The translations under genes were made by a program, and so were the position numbers. The notes beneath the pieces are model-generated. The model saw only the letters and a program-made list of their open reading frames with translations, made no database searches and was not told where the DNA came from. A stretch of DNA of 63,194 nucleotides from Candidatus Gastranaerophilales bacterium. GTDB lineage: Bacteria > Cyanobacteriota > Vampirovibrionia > Gastranaerophilales > Gastranaerophilaceae. The DNA lies in contig CALUSA010000001.1 of assembly GCA_944323275.1 (NCBI GenBank), forward strand, positions 1-63,194. The letters run 5' to 3'. Shown in pieces: positions 8,509 through 18,128 of this stretch (positions are counted from its first letter, which is position 1; each line of letters begins with the position of its first letter).

Positions 8509-9405
8509 TTAAATCTGAGAATACGTTTTAAAGTGTATTTTTGCGGCATTTTTTAATTCGTCTTTAGAAAACTTTTGTGCGATTATTTTTGCTGTTTCAA
8601 GCACCTGAGAAGAAGCACCTTTGGGAATATTTACCCCGTATCTTAAAGACAGCTCCTTCATCCCTTTTAAAAACTGTTCTCTGGCAATAATTGAAGCAGC
8701 GGCAACTGCAATATCCGCCTCGGCTTTGCATCTTTGTTCAAGGTGGAGTTTTTTGCCTTTTTGCAGCAGTGCATTTTGTATAAGTTTTTCATCCCCGAAT
8801 TTATCAGAAAGTGCATAATCGCAGTCTTTTTTTTCAAGAATATTTTCTATTGCCCTTGCATGCCCCCACGCAAGTAAGCGATTAAGGTTATTCATTTTGG
8901 CATACAACTCATTGTATTTTAACGGATTAATTGTAATTACAGAAAAAACGCAGTTGTTTTTTATAACTGCTGCCAGCTTGGATATATTTTTATCATCAAC
9001 TTTTTTGCAATCTTTTATGCCTGCTTCTGTCAATATTTTTGTGCTCTGTTCATCAGTTAAAACCGCCGCAATAACAAGAGGTCCGAAAAAATCACCTTTG
9101 CCTGATTCATCACTGCCGATATGACAAACGGGTATGTTTAAGTCTGATAATGTATTGTCTTGTGATTTAGTACTTTGCTGCGGTGTATTTACGCCCAGCA
9201 TCTGTTGAACCTTGTCGGCGATATCAGACACCTCTGCACCCTGTATTAAAAATTTTCCCGTGTGGTAATAAGTAGCGCAAAAGCCTGTTGTTTTTGCACG
9301 CCACAGTGCATTTTGCACTGAAGAAAATACTGCGCCCTGCTCCTGTAATAAAGATTTTAATTTAGCTTCCTGTGATTTATCGATTTTTTGCGAATAACAA
9401 TTCAT
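8509..9405 (-). CDS. rnhC: Ribonuclease HIII
   Basis: IGSDESGKGDFFGPLVIAAV catalytic motif preceded by a ~90-aa N-terminal domain. I prefer the ATG at 9405 over the TTG at 9435 used by the track. Confidence 0.8.
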   Translation of the reverse strand: MNCYSQKIDKSQEAKLKSLLQEQGAVFSSVQNALWRAKTTGFCATYYHTGKFLIQGAEVSDIADKVQQMLGVNTPQQSTKSQDNTLSDLNIPVCHIGSDESGKGDFFGPLVIAAVLTDEQSTKILTEAGIKDCKKVDDKNISKLAAVIKNNCVFSVITINPLKYNELYAKMNNLNRLLAWGHARAIENILEKKDCDYALSDKFGDEKLIQNALLQKGKKLHLEQRCKAEADIAVAAASIIAREQFLKGMKELSLRYGVNIPKGASSQVLETAKIIAQKFSKDELKNAAKIHFKTYSQI

Positions 9406-9510
9406 GATTTTTACCTGTAAAAGTACCCGAACCAAACAAAACTATAACATAATAATGACATCAGACCAAAAGTATTATATAATTTTTACCGGTATTACGG
9501 AGTCAGGAAG

Positions 9511-12500
9511 ATGAAAACACTAAAACGGATTTTGTTGTTTCTTTTTGTACTTGCAGCTATCTGTTACGTTACAGTGTATCTTTTACTGCCGTATTTTTTG
9601 AACAAAAACGACTATTCAAAAACCTTAACAAATATTGTGAAAGAAAAAACAGGGCTTATTTTGTATGTGCACAATTACAAACTTGATGTGTCGCCAACTC
9701 TTAATATAAATGTTAAAGCGGATGAAATACAGCTTTTTTATCCTGATAAAAGACAGTTTTTAAATTTAAAACAAACGGATTTTACAATATCTACACTGTA
9801 TCTTTTGAAAAAAGAAATAAAATTAAATAAAGCAAAAGCAGGTGAACTTCAATTTTCAACAAAACTGTTAAAAAACGGTAAGACAACATTGCAGCAATAT
9901 CTTGAAAACAATACTAACGGTATTACAGCCGGCTATACCTTTTCCCAAAAATATCCGGATATTTTTGTAAGTAATTACATAATTAAATTAAAGGATGAAG
10001 AATCAGGACAGAAGTTTAAACTCAAAGGTAAAAATTTTAAAGCCCGCAGGCTTGCAGGTCTGCAAAATGTTAATATCGAAACGCAGGGAGATTTGTACTG
10101 TTTTAATAAAAAATATTTTCACTACACCTCAAAAGTTTCTGTGCCTGTCGTACTTTTGGAAAATACCGACAATCTGCTTTTGGATTTTACTATAGACGAT
10201 CTATACAGATATGACTTTTCTGCAAATATAAATACGGATATAAAATTGCACGCCAGAGATAAAAAGTTTGCTTACATCAGCGGAAAAGCAGACATTGACA
10301 ATTTCAAACTCAAACTGGGAAACAAAACCCTTCCCCCGAGTTTTTTCCATATTGTATTTGACAAGAACCTTGCCAAACTTAACTCAAAATTTTATACAGG
10401 AATAAACGAGGCTGCTGATATCACTGCTGATATAAAATTATCAAAACCTTATAAAATTAATATGGTCTGCAAATGCCCTAAAGCTGATATTGCAAATTTG
10501 CAAAAAACAATCGTACCGGTTTTGAACCTTTTTAAAATAAAAAATAATCTTTCCGAGTTTAACGTAAACGGAACCCTAAGCGCAGATTTTAAACTGCAAA
10601 CTGATTTAAAAAACATTTTATCAAACGGCAGTTTAAAAATATCCAATGCCTCAATAGCACACAAGAGCATTCCTCTAAAAATAACCTCGGTCAATGCACT
10701 TATTGATTTTTCAAACAATGCCGTTAATATAAAACAGTCCGATATGCTTGTAAATAATCAGCCTTTACAGGTAAAAGGAAGCGTTGATAAAAATGCAGTC
10801 GGAGATATTGTTGTAACAGCCGACAATCTTGACTTAAACCATATAATGAATGCCTTTCCCCTGCTTAAACCAGAAAAAAATATAACCGTTACCTCAGGCA
10901 AGGTATCATTTAGCGCAAAGATTAAAGGACAGTTAAATCAAATAAAACCAGATATAAAAGTTAGCATTAATAATTTTTCTGCGTTTGAAACCGTAAAAAA
11001 AATTAAAATATCAATAAATGAACTTCTGCTCGAGGCATCAGGTACTAAAGATAAATACAATGGAAAAGCAGAACTTAAAAATATTTTGGCAGTATCAAAA
11101 ATTATCCCTAATAATACAAACAGCATTAAAACCGATAAACTGTCCGTAAATATTGCTAAGGATAAAATACAAATCTTACCTGCTAAAATCAATGCAGGCA
11201 ATGCAAAATTAATGTTGTCAGGTGTTGTTAATAACTACTCAACCTCGCCTGCTGCTGATATATTGCTGCAGGGAACGGTTGATACCGCACTTGTAAAGAG
11301 TTTTTTGCCGGACAACGGTATGTTATTTTCAAAAGGCTATCTGCCGCTGAAAGCTCTGATTAAGTCTAAAAATGATAAAACAACACTTAATATAAAAATT
11401 CTTGCTAATCCCAATAACTATATCACTCCTGTCATTGTTAACAGCTTTGATAAAGTAACTACGCTGACAGAAATTGACGCACAGCTGCAGGCTTCAGAGC
11501 TTTGTATAAATAATGCGGTCATGTACTATGCAGGCAATACAAACAGCCTTTTAAAAGAAATTGATACCTCTGTGCTAAAAAAGGCAATAATTTTTAAAGG
11601 AAAAATTACAAATATAAGCTCAAATCCTTTAATAGAAAAACTGCATATTCAACTGCCTTCACAGCTTAATGTGAATATTCCTCAAACAAAAGACGGAACT
11701 GTTAATTTAATTGCTGATTTAATCTTAAATGGCAGTGTTAATAAGCCTGAAGCCGTCGGGCAGATAAAACTTTTTAACCTGTCAATTCCTTCAATTTATG
11801 CAGCGGCAAGAGATGCAGAGATAAATTTGAATAAAAACAAAATAACAGCTAAAATCGAAAATTTAAAAATAAAAGATATGGATTTATCGATTGTTGCAGA
11901 TATTGAGCCGGATATGCTGTCTACAGGCAGGATTAATTACTTAAAATTTTCTTCCTCATACCTTGATATGGACTATGCGGCTGGCATAATGTCTGTGTTT
12001 AACCCTTCAAAATACGCCCCCGGAAATGATTTTCCTTACGTAATATCCTCGGGAGATATCGACATAAAATCTTTTAAAATGGGAGTAATAAATGCACAAA
12101 ATATAACCGCAAAAATGACCTCTCAAAAAAACAATTTATACATTAATAACCTTCAGGCAGACGCTTATGGGGGCAAAGCCACGGGAAGTGTAACTTACAA
12201 TTTTCCTTACACAAATATAAATGCCAAATTACAAGCAAAAGGCATGAATGCCTCAAGTGCCGCAGCAGCAATTATGCCTGCGGAAAAAGGAGTTTCAGGG
12301 ACAATGGATATTGAAACTTCAATTAATATGATGGGGCTGACTCAAGAACAACAGCTAAATACTCTCAAAGGCGATGCCGTCGTTCATATTAAAAACGGTA
12401 GACTGGGACAGCTTGGAAGATTCGAGCACTTTCTGTATGCACAGAATTTGTTGTCGCAAAAACTTATATACGCAAGCCTCAACAGCGCAAAACAGGCAAT

Positions 12501-13107
12501 AAGCCCTAAAGATACCGGTATAATTTCATATCTTAACGGCAATATCAAATTTTCTTCAGGCTATGCGCATTTAAGTCAGGTATTTACCTCGGGTCCGCAG
12601 ATGAGCATGTTTGTAAAAGGCAAAATTAACCTGACAAATCAGTTTGTCGATTTAAAAATTCTCGGAAAAATATCTCCAGAGGTGTCAAGTTCTCTGGGAA
12701 TGTTCGGCTCAATGACGATAAAAGATTTTCTCGACGAACATACAAAGTACGGCGGTGTCGTAGCTAATTTGTTTTCGTCATACAATATTGAACTTCCAGA
12801 GGTGGATATAAGTAAAATTCCTGCGTTGACGCCGGATAATAAAGCAATGACAAAGAATTTTCAGGTAATAATCACCGGCAACCCTGATTCCATAAGTTCA
12901 GTACGTTCATTTACCTGGGTAAATCCTAAAGGGACAAAAGAAAAACTGCTGACAGAACAGGTTAAAAACGCTATTAATGAGGCATTACCAGAAAAAGCAC
13001 AGCAAAATAATACTGAAAAATTGCAGGAACAAAAACCTCAGGTTCAAAGCGTTCCTGCAACCGGTACACCTGACTTTCTGGATAGAATCCCGGATGATTT
13101 TAAATAA
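9511..13107 (+). CDS. AsmA/TamB-like outer-membrane biogenesis protein (N-terminal anchor, long beta-rich body)
   Basis: Single N-terminal TM helix (ILLFLFVLAAICYVTVYLLLPYF) and a ~1200-aa repetitive beta-rich sequence. Conserved C-terminal block KNGRLGQLGRFEHFLYAQNLLSQ. Clear paralog of 56430..60125. Confidence 0.65.
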   Translation: MKTLKRILLFLFVLAAICYVTVYLLLPYFLNKNDYSKTLTNIVKEKTGLILYVHNYKLDVSPTLNINVKADEIQLFYPDKRQFLNLKQTDFTISTLYLLKKEIKLNKAKAGELQFSTKLLKNGKTTLQQYLENNTNGITAGYTFSQKYPDIFVSNYIIKLKDEESGQKFKLKGKNFKARRLAGLQNVNIETQGDLYCFNKKYFHYTSKVSVPVVLLENTDNLLLDFTIDDLYRYDFSANINTDIKLHARDKKFAYISGKADIDNFKLKLGNKTLPPSFFHIVFDKNLAKLNSKFYTGINEAADITADIKLSKPYKINMVCKCPKADIANLQKTIVPVLNLFKIKNNLSEFNVNGTLSADFKLQTDLKNILSNGSLKISNASIAHKSIPLKITSVNALIDFSNNAVNIKQSDMLVNNQPLQVKGSVDKNAVGDIVVTADNLDLNHIMNAFPLLKPEKNITVTSGKVSFSAKIKGQLNQIKPDIKVSINNFSAFETVKKIKISINELLLEASGTKDKYNGKAELKNILAVSKIIPNNTNSIKTDKLSVNIAKDKIQILPAKINAGNAKLMLSGVVNNYSTSPAADILLQGTVDTALVKSFLPDNGMLFSKGYLPLKALIKSKNDKTTLNIKILANPNNYITPVIVNSFDKVTTLTEIDAQLQASELCINNAVMYYAGNTNSLLKEIDTSVLKKAIIFKGKITNISSNPLIEKLHIQLPSQLNVNIPQTKDGTVNLIADLILNGSVNKPEAVGQIKLFNLSIPSIYAAARDAEINLNKNKITAKIENLKIKDMDLSIVADIEPDMLSTGRINYLKFSSSYLDMDYAAGIMSVFNPSKYAPGNDFPYVISSGDIDIKSFKMGVINAQNITAKMTSQKNNLYINNLQADAYGGKATGSVTYNFPYTNINAKLQAKGMNASSAAAAIMPAEKGVSGTMDIETSINMMGLTQEQQLNTLKGDAVVHIKNGRLGQLGRFEHFLYAQNLLSQKLIYASLNSAKQAISPKDTGIISYLNGNIKFSSGYAHLSQVFTSGPQMSMFVKGKINLTNQFVDLKILGKISPEVSSSLGMFGSMTIKDFLDEHTKYGGVVANLFSSYNIELPEVDISKIPALTPDNKAMTKNFQVIITGNPDSISSVRSFTWVNPKGTKEKLLTEQVKNAINEALPEKAQQNNTEKLQEQKPQVQSVPATGTPDFLDRIPDDFK

Positions 13108-13354
13108 ATTAATATCCCTGTTTTATCGATTATAATTAACGGCGGTAAAACGCAGAATACAACCGATTGAAAAATAAACATAAGTTTTAACACAACAGAA
13201 TTATAAACAATAAAAAATGCAGGTCAGAAAACTTTTAAACCAAGCCTGAAACAAATTTTTTTTTCGCAACCCGTATGTACTGCCTGGATGTTAACTGCCT
13301 GCATATTAATAATACCCAAATTTCAAATTTTTAAACATTTTTAAGGGGATTTTT

Positions 13355-14443
13355 TCAATTTCTTAACAAATTTGTTACAATTAAATCGCCCATCTGTGAT
13401 GTGCTTGTCACTGTAGAGTTTGCAAAGGCAATATCTTTTGTTCTGTAACCTTGTTCCAAAACGGATTTTACGGCATTTTCAATATCAAAAGCCGCATTGT
13501 CCAGTGCAAAAGAATATCTGAGCATCATTGACGCAGAAAGTATTGTTGCAATCGGATTTACAATATTTTGACCTTTTATATCCGGTGCAGAGCCGTGAAT
13601 AGGCTCATACATTCCGATTTTTTCGCCAGATAAACTTGCACTAGGAAGCATTCCAAGTGAACCCGAAAGCATAGAAGCTTCATCAGAGAGTATATCGCCG
13701 AATATATTGCCAGTAACAATTACATCGAACTGTTTTGGATTTCTTATAAGCTGCATTGCAGCGTTGTCAACATACATGTGCATTAATTCAACTTCCGGAT
13801 ACTGTTTGGAAACGTATGTGACAATTTCCCGCCACAATCTTGAACAGTCAAGAACATTTGCTTTATCAACAGAGCACAATTTTTTATTGCGTTTCATAGC
13901 TGTTTTGAATGCAACATGCGCAATTCGTTCGATTTCATGCTCAAAATATATCATGTTATTGAATCCGGCTCTTTTGCCATCGATTATATCAATACCTCTC
14001 GGTTCCCCAAAATAGACATCACCCGTTAGTTCTCTTACAACCATGATATCTGCACCTTTAATAACCTCGGGCTTAAGTGTTGAGGATTCCAACAATTCAT
14101 CAAAAACTATTGCAGGTCTGAGATTTGCAAAAAGATTCAATTCTTTTCTTATTCCGAGTAAAGCTTTTTCAGGACGAACCTCGGGCGGAAGCGTGTCGTA
14201 TTTCCAATCTCCTACAGCACCTAAAAAAACAGCATCGGAAGCTTTTGCAAGGTCTATAGTAGACTGAGGCAGCGGTGTTTTATATTGCTCATAAGCACAC
14301 CCGCCTATCAAAGCTTTTTCAAACTCAAAATTAATTTCGCCTTTATATTTTTGTTCGACAGCTTTTAAAACTTTAATCCCTTCTTCAATAATCTCAGGTC
14401 CGACACCGTCACCTGCTAAAAGTGCAATTTTATATGTAGACAT
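13355..14443 (-). CDS. leuB: 3-isopropylmalate dehydrogenase
   Basis: [32 protein letters not shown]-like ([25 protein letters not shown]) and HGSAPDI motifs. Confidence 0.92.
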   Translation of the reverse strand: MSTYKIALLAGDGVGPEIIEEGIKVLKAVEQKYKGEINFEFEKALIGGCAYEQYKTPLPQSTIDLAKASDAVFLGAVGDWKYDTLPPEVRPEKALLGIRKELNLFANLRPAIVFDELLESSTLKPEVIKGADIMVVRELTGDVYFGEPRGIDIIDGKRAGFNNMIYFEHEIERIAHVAFKTAMKRNKKLCSVDKANVLDCSRLWREIVTYVSKQYPEVELMHMYVDNAAMQLIRNPKQFDVIVTGNIFGDILSDEASMLSGSLGMLPSASLSGEKIGMYEPIHGSAPDIKGQNIVNPIATILSASMMLRYSFALDNAAFDIENAVKSVLEQGYRTKDIAFANSTVTSTSQMGDLIVTNLLRN

Positions 14444-14445
14444 TT

Positions 14446-14952
14446 TTAAACTCCCAATTTTTTCTTTGTATAATTAATCAGCCCGCCCTGAGCAATTAAA
14501 TCTTGAATTTCATGCGGAAATTTTTCACATTTATATTCTTTGTTTTTTGTTAGGTTTTTTACAATTCCGTTTTTTAAATCCACACTGATTTTATCACCTT
14601 TTTGAGCATCATTGGCAACTTCTGAATTTTCAAGAATTGGCAGACCTATATTAATTGCATTTCTGAAAAAAATTCTTGCAAAAGATTTTGCAATTACAAC
14701 AGAAACACCGCTTGCTTTAATAGCAATAGGAGCATGTTCTCTGGAACTTCCGCATCCAAAATTTTCGCCTGCTACAATAATATCGCCATGCTCAACATTT
14801 TTTGCAAAAGATGTGTCAATGTCTTCCAAACAGTGGCTTGCAAGCTCTTTTTCATCAGAAGTATTCAAATAACGTGCCGGTATTATAACATCAGTATCAA
14901 CATTGTCATTATATTTCCAACAATTTCCTACAAATAGTGTATTCATGGTCAA
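14446..14952 (-). CDS. leuD: 3-isopropylmalate dehydratase small subunit
   Basis: [12 protein letters not shown] motif, ~165 aa, immediately upstream of leuB. Confidence 0.88.
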   Translation of the reverse strand: MTMNTLFVGNCWKYNDNVDTDVIIPARYLNTSDEKELASHCLEDIDTSFAKNVEHGDIIVAGENFGCGSSREHAPIAIKASGVSVVIAKSFARIFFRNAINIGLPILENSEVANDAQKGDKISVDLKNGIVKNLTKNKEYKCEKFPHEIQDLIAQGGLINYTKKKLGV

Positions 14953-15040
14953 TCTCCATTTACAAAAATTAAAATTTATACTATATATAATAATATAAAA
15001 TTTATCTGTTTGTGATACAAAAAAGAAGGAGATTTACAAG

Positions 15041-15256
15041 ATGAATTATTACATTGGCGAAGCTGCTGGAAAAGTTTACGAATTTTTAGCTGATCAAAAA
15101 AACAACGAAGCAACTATTTCTAAATTAGAAAAAGAATTAGACTTGAACCAAAACTTTGTATCTATGGGTATTGGCTGGTTAGCTCAAGAAGGTAAAGCTG
15201 ATCTTTCCGGTAAAGGTGCAAGAACAAAAGTTAGATTAATCGAATCAATCAAATAG
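15041..15256 (+). CDS. Small winged-helix protein (DUF2582-like)
   Basis: 71 aa. The pattern GKVYEFL...ATISKLEKEL...MGIGWLAQEGK resembles the DUF2582 wHTH family. GGAG RBS, and a terminator follows. Confidence 0.5.
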   Translation: MNYYIGEAAGKVYEFLADQKNNEATISKLEKELDLNQNFVSMGIGWLAQEGKADLSGKGARTKVRLIESIK

Positions 15257-15284
15257 TTTGATTAAAAAAATATTAACTTTAAAA

Positions 15285-15311
15285 GGGCGGATACAAAATC
15301 CGCTCTTTTTT
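15285..15311 (+). terminator. Rho-independent terminator
   Basis: GGGCGGAT-loop-ATCCGCTC followed by a T-run. Confidence 0.7.
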
Positions 15312-15372
15312 ATAATTTCCGATATGAGCTTTAGGCTGTGCATAACGCATAAGTTATATAAATTACTAAGCC

Positions 15373-16098
15373 TTAATCTTCCAGAGCTTTATGTATTTTT
15401 TCTTTATAAAAACCGACAATATCAATAATGGCATGCAATGTTAGGGCGGTTATTTCAACCTCCTGTTTCCAGACGTTATAAGAACATTTTTCAGGGAAAA
15501 CAACCAGCGGATCGCTTGGAAAAATTCTGCAAATATCAGGTCTGTTTTCATAATCTGTGCACAAGCCGTCACTTCCCTGTTTAGGGCAGTAATAAAAATA
15601 CAGTTCCTCACCGGTAAAAGTTTTTTCCAAAAGTTCTATATAATCAGGAAATAAAGCACGTGCTTGTTCCTTTGATTCATACGGCACAAATATTGATACA
15701 AAATCCTGAGAAAATTTGTCACCGTTTGCAGCACGTTCTTTAAGCTGCTCAAAAGAGTACTCCGAACTTGCAAGTCTGCAGCAAGAACCGCAGCAGGAAC
15801 AAGAATAACATTCCCTTCTTTTATCTATAGCCTGAATTTGCACAAGAACATCTTTAGATATTTCATTTTCCAGTTTATTAAGCGCAGCCTCCTGCCAGAA
15901 GCGGTATCTGCAATTTTTAGGAAACTTATCAAACAGTGTTATTTTATTAAAATCCAAAGAACAATTTTCTGTACAATGATTACACAAAGCAGGTGTCTTT
16001 AAAGGCATTAACTGTTTATCAACAGCTGTTTGAGCATTTTTAAAAAGTTCACGATATATTTTTCTTGTATTAATTATTTCATTTTGTAAGTTATTCAT
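15373..16098 (-). CDS. YkgJ-family (CxxCxxCC) zinc/iron-chelating cysteine-cluster protein
   Basis: CYSCSCCGSCC cluster plus a distal CTDYENRPDICRIFP block. I prefer the Met at 16098 (MNNLQNE), because the track start at 16182 would leave only 23 nt to mutL. Confidence 0.55.
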   Translation of the reverse strand: MNNLQNEIINTRKIYRELFKNAQTAVDKQLMPLKTPALCNHCTENCSLDFNKITLFDKFPKNCRYRFWQEAALNKLENEISKDVLVQIQAIDKRRECYSCSCCGSCCRLASSEYSFEQLKERAANGDKFSQDFVSIFVPYESKEQARALFPDYIELLEKTFTGEELYFYYCPKQGSDGLCTDYENRPDICRIFPSDPLVVFPEKCSYNVWKQEVEITALTLHAIIDIVGFYKEKIHKALED

Positions 16099-16205
16099 TC
16101 CAACAATATAGCACATTAAGCAAAATTGAGATAGAATAAATTTATATATCGGAGAGGAATTTAAAATATAAATTTTTCGCAAATAAAGTCTTTAGAGCCG
16201 GGATT

Positions 16206-18023
16206 ATGAAAAGAATACAACAATTATCAAGACAGTTGATAAACCAGATTGCAGCGGGAGAGGTTATAGAAAGACCTGCTTCCGTAGTAAAAGAGCTTGT
16301 CGAAAATTCTATTGATGCAGGGGCTTGCGCAGTAGAAATAGAAATAAGCAAAGATTGCCTATCAATAAGAGTTTCAGACAACGGCACCGGTATTCATCCC
16401 GATGATATTGAACTTGCTTTTTCCAAGCATGCAACAAGCAAAATTTCAAACGCTAACGACCTTTTTGACATTCACACAATGGGCTTTAGAGGCGAGGCAC
16501 TTGCGAGTATTATTTCAATAGCAAAAGTTATTTGTACTACACGCACCAAAGATTTTGAAACAGGTACCCGTGTTGAATGCGAAGAATCAAACGTAAAATC
16601 ATCCCCGTGCGGCTGTGCAATCGGCACAACAATGGAGGTTAAAGATTTATTTTACAACACACCCGTAAGACAAAAATTTTTAAAATCAGAAAAAATAGAA
16701 ATTTCCTACATTGCTGAAATCCTGCAAAGCATTGCTATTGCCAATCCCGAGGTATCAATTACCCTGATTTATGACGGCAAAACGCCTGTAAAAACCTCAG
16801 GCAGCGGCGATTTACTGTGTGTTTTAACGGAAATTTATTCTAACTCGATTGTGGATGAGTTAAAAAAAATCAACAAATCTGATGAGCTTGCACATCTGCA
16901 GGTTAACGGCTACTGTTCAACCCCTGATTTTACCCGTTCAACAAAAAAATCCATATACACTTTTGTTAATAACAGGGTTGTAAAATGTCCGCTTATTCTA
17001 AAAGCCATTGATAATGCCTACAAAAATATGCTGCCGGCAGGCAAATATCCGTTTGTTTGTTTAAATCTGCAGCTGCCGGCTGATGATGTTGATGTTAACG
17101 TGCATCCTACCAAAAAAGAGGTTCGCTACAAGAACCCTAACCAGATTTTTAATTTTATATACAGTGCAATACTGGGGGCATTATCAAATTTTGCACAGTC
17201 ACCGCAGCCGCAGCAAAAGGAATCTTCCGTTCTTCCGTTCGGAAACTATTCAACAATAAAATCCGGCAGTGAAACGTATAGTCCACATGTTATGGACAGC
17301 GAAGATAAAGACACCGTATATTTATCAGAACAAGATATAAAAAGTATTCAAACAACAAACAATGCCGCCCAAACAGAACCGCAGCACACGCAAGCTTCTT
17401 TTGAATTAAAAGCAGACAGTTATAATGCGGATATTAAGCCTTCTTCTGCCGTTGTTGAAGAAAATTTTAATATCATAGGGCAATACAGAAACACCTATAT
17501 TCTTTTTGAAGAAGACAGTGAGTTGAAAATAGTAGACCAGCATATAGCTGATGAAAGATATATTTTTGAAAAGCTGCAGGAAAACCTTAAAACCGAAAAT
17601 ATACCTTCCCAGCTTTTGTTGATTTCCGATGTATTAAATTTGGAAGCTGCGGATGTAGAGCTTATTATGGAAAACGCAGCCAAATTGGAAAAATTCGGCT
17701 ACAAAATTGAAAAAATTTCAGATACTGAAATTATTTTTAAAAAGATTCCTCAGGTAATTGCACATGTCAAAGTAACAGATATTTTAACTGATGTACTGGA
17801 AAATTTACACGGTGATTTAAACAATCTCGAAGAAAAAATGCTTGTGACAATGTCTTGCAAAGCAGCTGTAAAAGCGGGTACAGAATTAAATTTATGGCAG
17901 ATGGAGGAGCTTATAAAAAAATGGAAAACAACAAAACTGCCATACACATGCCCTCACGGGCGTCCAATTTTACATACCTTCAGCGAAAAAGAAATAGCGG
18001 CTTTTTTTCATAGGAATGTATAA
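16206..18023 (+). CDS. mutL: DNA mismatch repair protein MutL
   Basis: N-terminal GHKL ATPase motifs (IAAGEVIERPASVVKELVENSIDAG, DNGTGI, GFRGEALASI) and C-terminal dimerisation domain (QHIADERYIFE, CPHGRP). Confidence 0.95.
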   Translation: MKRIQQLSRQLINQIAAGEVIERPASVVKELVENSIDAGACAVEIEISKDCLSIRVSDNGTGIHPDDIELAFSKHATSKISNANDLFDIHTMGFRGEALASIISIAKVICTTRTKDFETGTRVECEESNVKSSPCGCAIGTTMEVKDLFYNTPVRQKFLKSEKIEISYIAEILQSIAIANPEVSITLIYDGKTPVKTSGSGDLLCVLTEIYSNSIVDELKKINKSDELAHLQVNGYCSTPDFTRSTKKSIYTFVNNRVVKCPLILKAIDNAYKNMLPAGKYPFVCLNLQLPADDVDVNVHPTKKEVRYKNPNQIFNFIYSAILGALSNFAQSPQPQQKESSVLPFGNYSTIKSGSETYSPHVMDSEDKDTVYLSEQDIKSIQTTNNAAQTEPQHTQASFELKADSYNADIKPSSAVVEENFNIIGQYRNTYILFEEDSELKIVDQHIADERYIFEKLQENLKTENIPSQLLLISDVLNLEAADVELIMENAAKLEKFGYKIEKISDTEIIFKKIPQVIAHVKVTDILTDVLENLHGDLNNLEEKMLVTMSCKAAVKAGTELNLWQMEELIKKWKTTKLPYTCPHGRPILHTFSEKEIAAFFHRNV

Positions 18024-18128
18024 AATTTTCTCTTTTTAAAATTGGTATATATGGATGATTTCTTTGTAAATAATTCAATTTTTTAAATTTTCTATCGACG
18101 TCTATATAGACATAAGACTGAGGTAGGC

